NCBI RefSeq assembly: GCF_009914755.1
Contig: NC_060928.1
Strand: one strand, 5' to 3'
Length of the DNA: 64,000 nt
Origin: the human T2T-CHM13v2.0 reference genome, Homo sapiens
Shown: positions 26,531-43,556 of the stretch, piece after piece
Position numbering within the stretch: the stretch's first letter is position 1
Layout: each line of letters begins with the position of its first letter
The notes under the pieces: model-generated
What the model was told of the DNA's origin: nothing
The model's input: only the letters and a program-made list of their open reading frames with translations
Databases searched by the model: none
Position numbers and translations under genes: made by a program

Positions 26531-26845
26531 TCAGTTGTTCTCGATCTGCTCCAGGTCCAGCTCCCAGCGGGCCCGGGGGAAGACGCCCTCCTCCCCGACA
26601 CTGTCCCCATCACGGGGGTCCCCGCTGCTCCTGCGGGAGCCATCACTGGTCACCGACTCCCTAGAGGCCCACAGGTTGGGGTGGACAGGGCTGGTCCTGA
26701 GGCCCCTCTGGCTGCAGCCAGGCATGGTGATGCCAGGGAGGCCCCGGGAGTCACATGGGGAGGACAGAACCGTCTTCACTGGGGTGTCATCCTCATCGTC
26801 ATCTTCGTAATTGAGGGAGCAAAGGCTTTTTGAATTTTTTAAAGT
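26531..26845 (-). CDS. FAM53A: FAM53A terminal coding exon, TLKNSKSL...ELDLEQIENN*
   Basis: tcttttctattgcAG|ACT acceptor; TGA at 26533-26531; spliced total 75+61+746+315=1197 nt = 398 aa; FAM53-type acidic C-terminus. Confidence 0.95.
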   Translation of the reverse strand, partial: TLKNSKSLCSLNYEDDDEDDTPVKTVLSSPCDSRGLPGITMPGCSQRGLRTSPVHPNLWASRESVTSDGSRRSSGDPRDGDSVGEEGVFPRARWELDLEQIENN

Positions 26846-28421
26846 CTGCAATAGAAAAGATACGGGCTTAAAGCATTTCTAGCAGATCACACAGGAGGCA
26901 GCATCCCACCAACCCATCGAGGGCTCGGTGTGCTGGGGCTCTGGCCATCCCCAAGACCACACAAAGCAGGGGCCTTGGTCCCCTGTACACCAGCCACAGC
27001 TCTCAGAGCCCCTTTCTCAGACCCTGCCCATGCCCGCCCCAGCCCAACCAGCTGGCCCCTCAGCTCTCCTCAGCCCCCGCCCAGCTGGTGTGGGCAGAGA
27101 CGCACAGCCTGGCCCTGCCCAGACCCAACGGACCAGGTTGGTGGGCACCTGACACCTAAGCAAGCCCCAAGATGCCCAGGGCTCACAGGTGACAGCCTTA
27201 TCCCAGTCTTGTCCTTGGCAGGTGGCCTGTCCAGAGAGGGTGCCTTGTGCCTCCACTTCTGACAACAGCCCCACCCAGGGCCGCTCTCAGCAAGCACCTC
27301 ACAGCCACCTCTGAGGCCCTGTGGTGGCTCTGTCTCTCCTCCACCTGCCCCCATAAGGCCCCTGGAACCCCACCTCGTCGGTGTCCTCAGGGGCCCACCA
27401 GACGCAGCTCCCACCTTCTCTGTCCTTGCACCTCCTCCCCTAATAGTTACTCTAATAGAAACACATGCAAATCCTTCTCATCTCAAAATACGTGCGACAA
27501 ACAGGTGCACACACAGGGGTCTCCCCTGGGCAAGGCCCGCCCTCATCCCAGGCGAGTAGCTTCCAGTACCCCCATGCCACGCCCAGGCCTGTCCACAGCA
27601 GGTCCCTGAGTGCCAGGCTCCGGCCCTCCCTCTGCCCTCCGGAGGTGCCGCCACCACCCCCTTCTCACTCTGCCCCCCGGCTATATCTCACTCAGTAGCC
27701 TCCCTTCCCAAGGCCTGTTAGGAATAGGGGGTCCCCCCAGGCTGCACCCCCCAACCAGAGCACTCTGAGCTGCAAACAGTCTCCATCCACCCAGGCGTGC
27801 TCTCTTGGGCGTCTCCAGGGCCCTGAGACCCAGCAGGTGTGTCCAGCTGGGGCACGAGTCCATGGCCACGACCAGGGCACCAGCCCCTCAGCACTCCCGG
27901 GCCCCCACCCCCCGCCACCTCCCAGTCCTTGCCTCAAGTCCCCCGTCTGTGGTGCCCAGCGCCGTCCATGCCACTCGTCCACTGCCACTGGGAGCAGCCT
28001 TCCTACCCAGCCCCACCTGCCGGGTCACCTCCAGGCCTCCTCAGGGTCAAGGCTCCCCTCCTCGACCACACCACGCTGGCTTCAGACGCCTCACCTCGTG
28101 GCTCAGGCTTGTGAGGGCACGTGGGTGCCACTGGCCACGCCTGCAGGGCACAGGGGCGCCATGATGCCGATGACAAGGCCACACTGACACAGCACCCTCG
28201 GCCACCTAAAGTTATGACCTAGAGCACAAGCTCACCAATTCCACAGGACCCAAGAAACTCCCCAAATCACCTTCGTCCAGAGCAAGGAAACACCCCACAG
28301 ACGGGAACCTCAAACACTTCCTGGAAACACTTCCAGCGACTGATTTTTATAAAAGCACATGGCCCTCGGGGACAGAGCTCCTTTTTTCTAAGGATATTAT
28401 TGGGCTCTAAAAGACAAATTG

Positions 28422-29117
<696 letters not shown>

Positions 29118-29426
29118 TAAAGATACAACTGGCCACATGTTTTGGTCACAAAATAGGGATGCATAACTTATTTTTCATTCAAATCAAAGTGAATTTGCCC
29201 ATGGACATCACTTGTCCGTACAAGCCCCAGGCCCGGCATGAGGATGTGGCTGGTCTGCTGGGCCCCTGCTGGATGGCGTGGAGGTCCGGGTCTCACCAGC
29301 TCGGTCTGGTGTCACCCGTGACCTTGCAGACTCTGGCTGCCGTGCTGCCCACACAGGATGGCCTCCAATCCACAGCACCACCAGGCTGCACTACACACGC
29401 ACCGGGGTGGCGGGGACGCTACGCAC

Positions 29427-29580
29427 CTTCAGGGGCCAGGTTTCCTTCCATTTCAAACCACGGCGTTTTGTTTTCATTCAGAGTCGACCCTCTGGACTGA
29501 CTGCTCGGACCCGACAGATGCTGTAAGCTCACGCCGAGGCCTCGGACGCGGGACTCGCACTCGCGGGCACAGCTGTGCGG
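29427..29580 (-). CDS. FAM53A: Alternative (cassette) FAM53A exon, 154 nt, [10 protein letters not shown]...EGNLAPE
   Basis: ctgctgttttcacgctctAG|CCG acceptor and GAAG|GTGCGT donor; open in phase 0; shifts the last exon to DFKKFKKPLLPQLRR* (TGA 26801-26799), giving 360 aa. Confidence 0.7.
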
Positions 29581-31091
29581 CTAGAGCGTGAAAACAGCAG
29601 GCTCTGAACGCCTCTGGACGACACAGTCGGTGCAGGAGAAAAAACTTCTGCCCACAGACACGGCAGCTGTACAGCTCAGCGCCCAACAGCGCTAGCGAAG
29701 GCCACACGGAACTGAAGGGGCCACCCACGCTGTAGAGACGGTGGAAACCGAGGCCCACGGGGCCGATGCTGGCCTGGACTGCGCCACCCATCCGCCTCGC
29801 GCCCCCTGTCCCTGGGCGCCAGCCCCGGGGCTCCGTCCCAGCTCCTGCTACCATCACTCTGGTTGGATGGTCACTTCCATCTGAGGTTAAACACAAAACA
29901 GTTGTCCAAAACACAAAGGTCAAGCCTTCAAGTTCCAAATTGGGCTCCAAAGCGCAGAGGCCTTTCAAACTGTGTGCGAAGCCCTCCAGGCAGTCTGGGG
30001 GGTGCACGGACCCCAGCTGACAGCTGGAGGGCCTCCAGCACCTGAGGTGGGTTAACTCAGCTACCGGAAGCCGGTGAGACCCTGGAAGGTCAGGGAAGCC
30101 TCCTACGAGCTGACCTGACGTCACTCAGCAAACGTCCAGGGCCCTGTCTCAGCCACATCTGTACCTGCCCCTTGCCAAAGCCTCTGGCTTTTGTCAAACT
30201 AAAACACGGGTTTACTCTCTTGAGAAAGCGCAAGCTCCATCCACCATGTGGGAGGGGCTCACAGGGTCCCCTCACAGCCAAGGCGGCCCTGGCCGTGGGC
30301 CGCTCTGCAGCAGGGCCAGGCAGCAGTCAAGGGTGGGGGGTGCTCCCCAAGGGCCTGGCAGTGCCTGGAGCGCAGCACAGTGCATGTTGAAACAGGCAGC
30401 CAAGCAGAGCCAAGCACCTCCCTCCTGCCACAGGGAGGCACAGGCCGGCCAAGCCACAGAGGCCCACAGGGCGCAGGGATGTCCATGGCACAGGCAGGGA
30501 CAGAGATGGCCAGAGCAAGCTCCGTGCGTGTGTCAGGCGAGGAGGCCAGTGTGAGAAGCACCGGGACCCTAGACCCCTTGTTGCCTCTGGTGAGCGCCCT
30601 CCCAACCCTGCAGAAGAGAGGGTTATTAGGAAAGTACGGACTGGAGCATTCTAGACAGGGGAGCTGGCCGACGGCACATGAAAAAACTGGCTGAGTGAGC
30701 CCTGCTCAGACAACCTGCTCGGGCTGTGAGGGGCACACAGCCTTACAAAGCCAGGAAGCTGGAGAACAAAGATCCTCCCTGTCTCCCCAGCCCTCCACAC
30801 AGAGGCAGAAGGAGGGGACTCTCCGCCCTGACCGTGCAGCCACTGATGGCACCGGCTCCTCATCCCAAGGGGGATGGGACAGCCAGTGCCCATCAGGAGG
30901 TATGGAGTGAGTGCCCAGCAGTGCGCCCCCTGCCCAGCACTCGCTTCTGCCACCTCACTCACCACCTCTGACCACCCTGGGCATGGCTCCTGGAGAGAAG
31001 GTCTGAGAAAACAAGCAAGAAAAATCAGCAGCTACAAATTCCAGATTTTCGGTCTGCGCCGTCTCAAACATTCCATGTTCTTGATGGTCCC

Positions 31092-31720
<629 letters not shown>

Positions 31721-32290
31721 CAGTCCTTTTCTTGGTACCAGGAGCTGCTCAAAGCTTTTGGTTTTTCAATTTTCACCCAGGAGGCACAGAGAAAACAGCT
31801 CAGCAGGTGCAGCAGAGGCCCCCCCATGGAGGACAAGCCTTGCGCTCTCGTGACTGAGGCCGCGGAAGGCACCATCTGCTCACTAAACCCAAGACCTCCA
31901 AAAACGCAGCGGGCCTGAAGGTGTGAACACGGCCACATGCACCTCTAGCTTGTCCTTAGGTTCTAGCCCATGATGTAACTGCTGGCCCCAAAGCTGCCTG
32001 CCTGTCTGAAGAACTCCTCAGGCTCTGGGTGACCCAGCTGCAGGGCCACATAGGAAGCTGTTTCTTTCTCTGCAGCAGCCTCGGTCTCTCCAGAGGCAGC
32101 TGAGCGCCTTCTCTACGTGGCAAAAGCTTTTCAAAGCCCTAAAAGCACACGCTTTTATAGAAACCAGCAGCTGCTTCCACACTCTGCTGGAACCATAACT
32201 GATGTGCATATTTTCAATGGTCATATTTTAATTTCAACTTTGAAACATAGCTTTGCCAATAAAAACAGAAAAAGTAGCTTCGCCAGTAAA

Positions 32291-32590
32291 AGCCGGGCAT
32301 GGTGGCTTATGCCTGTAATCCCAGCACTTTGGGAGGCTGAGGTGGGTGGATTTCCTGAGGTCTAGAGTTCGAGACCAGCATGGCCAACATAGTGAAACCC
32401 CCTCTCTACTAAAAATACAAAAAATTAGCCAGGCATGGTGGCAGGCACCTGTAATCCCAGCTACTCAGGAGACTGAGGCAGAGAATCGCTTGAACCTGGG
32501 AGGCAGAGGTTGCAGTTAGCCGAGATGGCACCATTGCACTCCAGCCCGGGTGACAGAGCGAGACTCCATCTCGGGAAAAAAAAAAAAAAA
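32291..32590 (+). mobile_element. Alu
   Basis: Full dimer. Confidence 0.95.
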
Positions 32591-33164
32591 GCAGAAAATC
32601 CTAAATGTTTTCCTAGGAAAACATGCACTGTTTCCAAGGGAAAGGCAGGGAAGGCAGTGCCCCTGCACCCTGCTCAGAGAGCAGCCCTCTGACACCTGGG
32701 GAAGCTGGTGTGAGCCTAGACTCAGAGCAGACAGCAGGGGGTGGCGGGGGGTTGAGGATGATCGCCGAACGGTCCCACTGATAAGCCCCGACATAGGAGC
32801 CCTGCAGGGTGAACACAGTTGCGCACGCAGACTGCACAACACACGCCAGGGACGCCGGACTAGAGCTGGGCTGCGCATACCGAGTCCGCCAGGTGCAAGC
32901 ACAGCACAGCCGGGGTGCGGATGTGAGCGAGCGTGAGCATGCAGCGGTGCACATGAGTGGGAGTGTGCACATGAGTGGGAGTGTGCACCTGAGTGTGCAC
33001 ATAAGCGTGGGGGTGAGTGTGCATGGTGGGTATGTGTGTGTGCCCACCCAGAGTCAGGACTAATTGTCCGGTAACACACAATTATAAAAGTTGTAGAGGA
33101 AAATCAGAGCATTTCTTTTTGGCCCTGAGGTGGAGAGGAGCTTGACACAAACAGGAAGTGGCAA

Positions 33165-33463
33165 AGCCTGGGCCTGGTGGCGCACGCCTGCAATCCCAGC
33201 ACTTTGGGAGGTGAGGCAGGAAGATGGCTTGAGCCCAGGAATTTGAGACCAACTTGGACAACATAGTAAGGCTCTGTCTCTTAAAAAATTGAGAATATTA
33301 GCTGGGCACAGGAGTGTGCACCTGTGGTCCCAGCTACTTAGGAGGCTGAGGTGGGAGGATCACCTGGGTCCAGGAGATGGAGACTGCAGTGAGCTGTGAT
33401 TATACCACTACACTCCAGCCAGGGCAACAGAGAGAGAGACCCTGTCTCCAAAAAACAAAACAA
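33165..33463 (+). mobile_element. Alu (AluJ-like)
   Basis: Diverged dimer. Confidence 0.9.
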
Positions 33464-33977
33464 AACCAGGAACTGACAGGTAACCCAGGCTGGGGGCCAA
33501 GTGTTCACCAAAGGTGCCACATATTCAGGTGATGCGGTGCAGGCAGGGGTAGGTGGGTGTGGGTGAAGACTGGTTGGCTGACAGGGAGAGGGGCACACAG
33601 ACGGCAGATGAGGGACACAGAGAAAGGTGGGAGCCAGTTTTTGGGTGGGATGAGCAAAGAGCTGGAAAGAGGGAGAGCAGGCAGCCCTGGCCCCTCAGGA
33701 GTCTTGGCACTGTCCTCTGCAGCCGCGGTCAGGAGGGCTCTGGGTTTGCAGACGTGGCCCCTGAAGACACTGCCTGTCTCCTCAGGGGCTTTCCTGACAT
33801 TTGATGAGGCCCTCTCCCCACAAACCTTTTTACCAGAAAGCGATGACTACGGTCACACTGAAGACACTCGTGAGCAAGCAGACCAAAGCGGCTGAATTTA
33901 AGGCAATGCACACTTCAGGGCGGGCAGGTATTACCTGGCCCCCACATGAAGCAAATAAACGAAAAGCTTTTATTTCA

Positions 33978-34553
<576 letters not shown>

Positions 34554-34679
34554 CTACCTGTCTGTGGCCAACCAAAGTCCAGCACAAGGGGTGGGAGGCA
34601 CCAGAGCCAGCATCAATGCTAACACCATTCCACAAGCACCGTTTCTGACCGACACTCCTTACGGAGAAGAGCGGTTTTG

Positions 34680-35000
34680 AAATCACTCCCTTCAAAAAGT
34701 GGAGCCCGATCCTCCTCCCACTGAGTAAGGGCTAGACAGAGTTAAGGAGCAGACGAAATCTCAGCTGGTGAGGACCAGGTCACACAGGGCTCTGTGGGGC
34801 CCGCTCATGCCCACTGGGGTCACTCATTATGGGAAATCAAGCTGCCACATCGTGAACACACTCAGGCTGCCCCTCAGGGAGGCCCATGTGGCAAAGAAAT
34901 GAGGCCTCCTGCCAAAAGCCACATGGGTGAACTTAGAAGCAGGTCCTGCAGCCCCAGTCAAGCCTCCAGGTAACCACAACCTGGCTGACTGAGCTCCAAG
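34680..35000 (+). mobile_element. MLT1F/G-like LTR fossil
   Basis: GAGGCCCATGTGGCAAAGAAATGAGGCCTCCTGCCAA...CAGCCCCAGTCAAGCCT. Confidence 0.6.
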
Positions 35001-35040
35001 GAGGCCTGAGCAGAGCCTCCCCATCGGCCTCCGGGACCCC

Positions 35041-35703
35041 TGAGGTGGCTCAGGCATGGTGTTTGTGAGGTGGCTCAGGTGTGGTGTTTGACAGTGAGGT
35101 GGCACAGGCGTGGTGTTTGTGAGGTGGCACAGGCGTGGCGTTTGACTGTGAGGTGGCACAGGCGTGGCGTTTGACTGTGAGGTGGCACAGGCGTGGCGTT
35201 TGACTGTGAGGTGGCACAGGCGTGGCGTTTGACTGTGAGGTGGCACAGGCGTGGCGTTTGACTGTGAGGTGGCACAGGCGTGGCGTTTGACTGTGAGGTG
35301 GCACAGGCGTGGTGTTTGTGAGGTGGCACAGGCGTGGCGTTTGACTGTGAGGTGGCACAGTCATGGTGTTTGACTGTGAGGTGGCACAGGCGTGGTGTTT
35401 GTGAGGTGGCACAGGCGTGGCGTTTGACTGTGAGGTGGCACAGGCGTGACATTTGACTGTGAGGTGGCACAGGCGTGGCGTTTGACTGTGAGGTGGCAAA
35501 GGCGTGGCGTTTGACTGTGAGGTGGCACAGGCGTGGTGTTTGTGAGGTGGCACAGGCATAGTGTTTGACTGTGAGGTGGCACAGGCGTGGTGTTTGACTG
35601 TGAGGTGGCACAGGTGTGGTGTTTGTGAGGTGGCATAGGCGTGGTGTTTGACTGTGAGGTGGCACAGGTGTGGTGTTTGACTGTGAGGTGGCACAGGCGT
35701 GGT
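35041..35703. repeat. 29/25-bp minisatellite, about 24 copies
   Basis: (GACT)GTGAGGTGGCACAGGCGTGGCGTTT. Confidence 0.96.
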
Positions 35704-35704
35704 G

Positions 35705-36793
<1,089 letters not shown>

Positions 36794-36945
36794 TTAGAGG
36801 CAACAAAGCCAACTAGGATGATGTCTCAGTAGCCGAAGAGGGTATCAAGGCCTGAGGCAGAATAACCGGGGTCAAGAGGAAGGAGGACTGAATCACAGAA
36901 ACATCCAGAGGACGGGACACCAGCCTGGGTGACCAGCGCTTGCAT

Positions 36946-37067
36946 GGACAGGGACACGCAGGCTCAGCAAGGGACCCAAAGCTGGGGACAGGGACACACA
37001 GGCTCAGCAAGGGACCCAAAGCCGGGGACAGGGACACGCAGGCTCAGCAAGGGACCCAAAGCCGGGG
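36946..37067. repeat. 40-bp tandem repeat, about 3 copies
   Basis: GGGACACGCAGGCTCAGCAAGGGACCCAAAGCTGGGGACA. Confidence 0.9.
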
Positions 37068-37186
37068 CTGCATGGATCTGAGGGATGGATGCCCCGCGCA
37101 GCCCCAGTCCTAGGGGTCACGGCTCCAGTTCCCACACAGCGGGGGTTTCTCCTCCCAGAGAGAAACCAGGCACCCACCTATGCATC

Positions 37187-38452
37187 AGACACACACACAC
37201 ACCATGCACGCACACACCACACGCACACCTCACACACACACCACACACGTCACACACACACCACACACGCCACACACACACCACACACGCCACACACACA
37301 CCACATACACCAGTCACACACACATCACACATACCATACACACCAGACACACACACGCCACACACACCTCATACACCACACACACCACACGTCACACACA
37401 CACCCCACACGCCACACACACCATACACGCCACACACACCACACATGCCACACACACCACACACACTAGTCGCACACACACCACACACACCACACGCCAG
37501 ACACCGCATACACCAGACACACACATGCCACACACACACAAACACCACACACGTCACACACACCATACACACACGCTATACACACACCACACGTCACACG
37601 CACAACACACACAACACACATCACATGCACACCACACACACCAGACACACACACGCCACATACACACCACACATCACACACACACCACCCACCCCACACA
37701 CACGACACACATCACACATACCACACACGTCACAAACACACCACACATTCCACACACCATATACTCTACCATACACACAGGCCACACCACACATTACCAC
37801 ACACACACCACACACAGGCCACACATCACACACACCACACATCACTCACCACACACACACACACCAGACACACCCACCAGACATATCCAATACACCACAT
37901 ATACACCACACCACACATACCACAGACCACACACCACACACAGAACACACACCACACACACTACCAGAGACCACACACTGCACACACACACCACACACAG
38001 ACTACACACCACACAGCACACACCAAACACACCACACACGTCACACACACACCACATACTACCCACCACACACCACACGCTACACACCACACAGCACACA
38101 CACCACACACCAAACACCACACATACCACAGACACCACACACTACACACCAGACAGCACTCACCACACACACCCCCACCACACACATACCACACAGACCA
38201 CGCATACACTACACCACATACACACAACACACATCCCACACACACATCACACACCACACACACTACACACACACAACACATAGACCACACACCACCCATA
38301 GACGTCACATACACATCACACACCACATACACCACACAGAGCACACACTACACACACCACACAGCACATAGCACGTGTGCCACACACACACCACACAGCA
38401 TTTGACGGCAGCCCTGCCCTTCTCCCACCCATCTCCCCAACACACCACACAC
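37187..38452. repeat. About 1.26-kb degenerate (CA)/(CACAC) low-complexity tract
   Basis: Direct inspection. Confidence 0.95.
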
Positions 38453-40215
38453 CCGGGTGTCCATGAGCCCTGGTCCTGGGTCTGGCGAGTCCTTGCCTCT
38501 ACCCACACCTCACACTCTACCGGGGGTACCCCATGTCCACACTGAGCCCCATGCAGCCTCGATCACCAACTCACCCAACCACCTGGTCTGTCTCCCAAGG
38601 CATCTGAGAAACCCAGGGCCGCTCTACATTAGGACTGTTGTCTGGTCATCAATACGTCGCTGGCACCATCATTCCCCGCCCCACAACGTGCTGAGCCGGC
38701 AGCTCCCTCCTCTGCTCCCATCCCTCCTGGTCCCCGTGGGGCCTGACACCCACGCCATGCACACCCCAAGCCCTGGCAAGCAGGGACAGCCTGCTTGTGC
38801 TATGTCCAAAGCTTGCCACCAGCTTTCCAGCATTTACTGGCTTCCCCAGGTCAGCCCATCTCATAGCAAAAGATCAGAGCCTTCTCTAAACCCTGCTCTC
38901 TGCAGAAAAGTTTCATAGCAGGGAAGTCTGGGTTTTCAACTCACCTCAAGCCCCCCGGAAGAATCAACTGGAGAGCCCACTGATCAGAAGAGGCAAAGCT
39001 CACGGTGCCCTCAGCGTGGCCTAGGACTAGCGTCCTGGAGGACCCTGGGGGATCCCACCTGGCACGCCGGCCACACTGCTCTCCAGCTCTGGGCTGTGGC
39101 CAGGTCGAGGAGGACCTGGGCCATCTGTGCCCCTTCTCCAGTCACTGTCCCCACAGGATGCCCAGGCCCAGCCCACCCGAGCAAGACAGTGCAGCCACAC
39201 TATGGACAGCTCCACCCACATCTACAGCCCCCAGAGGCAGGGCATGGGCAAGCCTGTGGCCCGGAGGATGGGGCTGGGGATGAGAGTTCAGGGGGCTGCC
39301 AAGGCCACAGGTCATTGAGGAGACAGGCTGACACTGATCCCGCCCCACCCTAGCCACAGCCCCACTCGGCCCTGGCTGGTACTCAGTTGGCATCGGGAAG
39401 TCCTGTTAATTTCTGCCACTGCCCAAAGCTTCCCCGACACAGATGACCCAGTGAGTGTGCACACAGCCCACCCTACTCTGTCACGGCTCTGCCATCTCCC
39501 TCCCCGAGCGCTGCCGGGCCCCCAGAGGTCTCTGGTGAATGCACTCCCTTAGTAACACAGAGCAAGACCTGGGAAAGCCTCCTCAGTCCTGTTTCCTTCC
39601 TTAACTCTGTGCCAACCACGGCCTGTGACGGGGGTGTGGAGAGGTGGGTGGCACTGAGAATCTTCAAGTGGGTGAAGGCTCTCTCCTACATCCAGACAGT
39701 TTCTGCAGGAGGTGCCTGTACAGTCCCAAAGCGCACAGGCGCTGCTGGGCTCTGAGCTGCAACATGCACACCCACCAGCTCCCACAAGAGAGGACCCCGG
39801 GCTCTGCCTCGAATGGGGCTCCCAGGACAGCTTGTTACTTCCTGAGCCATCACCAGAAAAAGTCAGGGGACTCCCCAGCAGCTGAGGCGGGGGGCGGCTC
39901 AGCCAGGCCAGAAACCCACAGCTCCGTTCTGCTGCCTCCCCCAGGCCTCACTGCAAGCCTGGCCGGCCACCCTGGGCCGTGTGTGGGGCTCTGCCTCTGC
40001 GGGAGCAGGCGGGGTGAGCTGGGTGCTCTGACACCAGGACAGGCCCCCGATCGCTCCCACGCACTCCAGATGGCTCTCCTCACTCCTTTCCTCCCAGCCC
40101 AGAGAAGACCAGCCGGATGCTAACAGCCACATCCAGAGAATCAGCCAGCCTCACCCCAGCACCGCCCTGTCCAGATCTACGCCCCTCTGAGCCCCTGGAA
40201 ATAAGAAAGCCTCAC

Positions 40216-40961
40216 CTGGGTCATTTTCAGGAAGTCCAAGGATGGGCGTGTCCACCTGGCGTCCTCCTCACGCCTCCGTTTGCGCCGGCTCCTCTTCCCA
40301 CTGAGCACGCAAGGCTGTGAGCGGCACCGGAGCAGCCCACGGCGCCCGCCCAGCGCAGGCGTGGACGTGGGGCTGCTGCTGGCCCAGGGCAGGGGAGTGC
40401 CCGCACCCGCGAGTCGCTCCTGTGAGAGGGACGGGCGGCGCCTCGTGGAGGGCAAGCAGGACTCCGCGGAACACCAGAGCGGGCCTGAGCCCGCACTGCC
40501 CTCGCTGCTGTCCACGAAGCCGCCGCTGGCGGAGGACGGCCGGGGCGTGGCGGGCGAGGTGGGACCGGTCGACCACACAGCACTCCTCGGCAGGACGGCG
40601 CCGGGGCTTCCCTGCCGCGTGGCACTCCCGCCGCTGTCGCACCGCCTCTTGGAGACTGGAGTCCAGACCTTGGAGCTGCCGGGGCGCCAGGGGGACCGGC
40701 AGCGCACAAGCTCCTCGGGTTCTGACAAGGACCGGCAATGCCGCTTGGTCGGTGGGGCCGTGGACGAGCCTGTGCTTTCACTGGGGTCCACGGTGCTGGC
40801 TGCACCCAGGCCTGCGCCTGGGCGCGGGGACTGTGGCTGCCACTGAAGACCCATGGTGTGAGCGGCAGCAGACAGGCCCGGCAGGAAGGAGAAATCAGGG
40901 CCCGTGGCTGCCTGGCTTCTGACGGGCGGTCCTCCACTGAAGACCTTCCAGGGACTCTGGT
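40216..40961 (-). CDS. FAM53A: FAM53A large coding exon (746 nt), DQSPWKVF...SLDFLKMTQ
   Basis: tttttttgtAG|AC acceptor and CAG|GTGAGG donor; CpG-rich; FAM53 motifs PPTKRHCRSLSEP, WRPGSSKVWTPV, RCRSQPCVL, basic NLS-like KRSRRKRRR, RPSLDFLKM. Confidence 0.96.
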
Positions 40962-42645
40962 CTACAAAAAAAGACACAAAGAGGCAGGGGAAGAGACAGG
41001 TGAGCCACAGGGCAGGCGACATCCATCCCGGCAAACAGCCTGGCAGAGCTGTCAAGGGCACAACCCCATCGCCGCCACCCCTGGGCGTGCTTCTCCAAGA
41101 TGTCCGTGGCGCACAGTGGACACCAGCCCCGCCTGCCCTTGCTGGGTTAGCTGCGGGGCTCGGCTCACTTCTTAAAGGGGACACCGTGTCTGAAGGAGGT
41201 GTCAGCCTCCCCACCGGTGCCTCCCTGAGAACAACCGCACGGCTCTGCTCTCCCGACAGCTTTGCTAAAACATTCTTCCCGCATCCTCAAAATGCCCCTC
41301 TCCCTCTGTGACCAGGCATCTCAAGGATGTGCGGCTACCCCGGCCAGGACTCTCCAGGGCCCCTTCTTAAAGCAGCTCAGGTCCCTTAGTAACATGGGCA
41401 ACACAGGGTCACACCTGCTGCCACGGTCTTCAGGGAGAGTCTGAGCCCCAGAAACTCCTCACAAACCTCAGAGCCACCAGGTCCAGGCCTGGAGCCCCTT
41501 CCCAAGTCTCACTTCCTGCACAACTGTCCTGGGGTTGCCTGTCTAACGCGCTCCCCAGCCCACTGCCTGCTGGTTCGGAGAAGCCTGGAGAGCAAGGCCA
41601 GGTGCATGGGCCTGGCATGGAGTCTGCCCAGTGGCTTGTGCAGTCACTGTCCAGCTGAGGAACTTGGAGTGGAGGCTGTGAGACCTGCCTCTGGGGAAAG
41701 GCCCTGGGATGACCTTGGGGTGACTGGGAGAGAGATGGGGGCTGTGGGGAGGAGACGTGGAGGTGTAGGCAGGGAGAGCGGCCGGCTGGGTGAGGAGTGT
41801 AGGAAGCGCTGCGGGGCTCTGAGCCAGGATGGAGGTGGCTGGTCTGACCCCGTGTGCAGGATGAACCCCAGGAGGCTGAGGTGAGGACATCGCACCACAG
41901 GCCCGGCAGGGGGTGGGGCTCTGGCCAGCTGGGGCCTCACACATGCTACTTCCATCTACTCATGAAAGAATCTGGTAAAACACCTTCACTTTGGTCATCT
42001 GGCGCTCAGCAAGGTGAGCCTCCTAACGGGCCCACTCTGCGTGACACAGGGCGCTGGGCGTGTCACAGTCAGGTAAGCAGGGCCAACAGAGGGAGATGCC
42101 CCTGGGACCTTCGCTGGGGGAGGACCTGGGACCCCAGGGTTACCTGGCCCGTGAACACCAGCCAGCCTCCATACTCGGGGCACCTGCTCTCCATCAATGA
42201 AGGGCCCACCTGCGGGTGAACCAGGCACAGCCACACCCTCCACTGCACGGACAGTGGGTGGGCCGCCCAGTATGCCATGGCACGCTCCAGCTGACGCTAC
42301 AAGCCCTGCCAGCCACGCCGTCCTCTTCTTTTCGTGGCCACAGGGTGGGCCTTGCACCTTCCAGAAAGGGCGCAGCAGACCCCTGGGCCCCACCAGCTGA
42401 GGAGGGAGAGACCTGGCTGGGCCCGCACCCTACACGAGCCGTCCTGCTCACAGACCACTCTTGACCACGGGCCCAGCCGTTGGAGGACGGCAGCAGGGAC
42501 CACCCCACGCCCCAGTGCAGGGCACACGAACACCTTCCTGGGCTTCTGCAGATCCGGCTCATGTTCTGCGTCCAGGACCCTCCCAGCCCAGGAGCCCAGT
42601 CCCAGCCCTGCTCAGGCCTCCGGCCACAGCTCCTAAAGTGCTCAC

Positions 42646-42706
42646 CGTTGAGCTCCAAAGGGAACAGACGACCGCTCTTGTTCAGGGTTTCCGCAGAATA
42701 CTGCAA
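42646..42706 (-). CDS. FAM53A: FAM53A internal coding exon (61 nt), LQYSAETLNKSGRLFPLELN
   Basis: ctctttcctgtcAG|TTG acceptor and AACG|GTGAGC donor; phase 0 to phase 1 fits both neighbouring exons. Confidence 0.92.
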
Positions 42707-42762
42707 CTGACAGGAAAGAGAAGTTTCAATACTGTGACTGACACGTGAGAATTCGGCAATAA

Positions 42763-43556
<794 letters not shown>

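Noticed and set aside
25925-26833. 302-aa plus-strand ORF antisense to the FAM53A 3' end
   Set aside because: Mostly VNTR translation plus the antisense shadow of the coding exon
37085-38371. 428-aa and 367-aa His/Thr-rich ORFs
   Set aside because: Artefact of the CA low-complexity tract
40962-41214. N-terminal 84 aa of the 345-aa ORF
   Set aside because: Lies upstream of a clear acceptor at 40961 and translates the pyrimidine tract, so it is intronic
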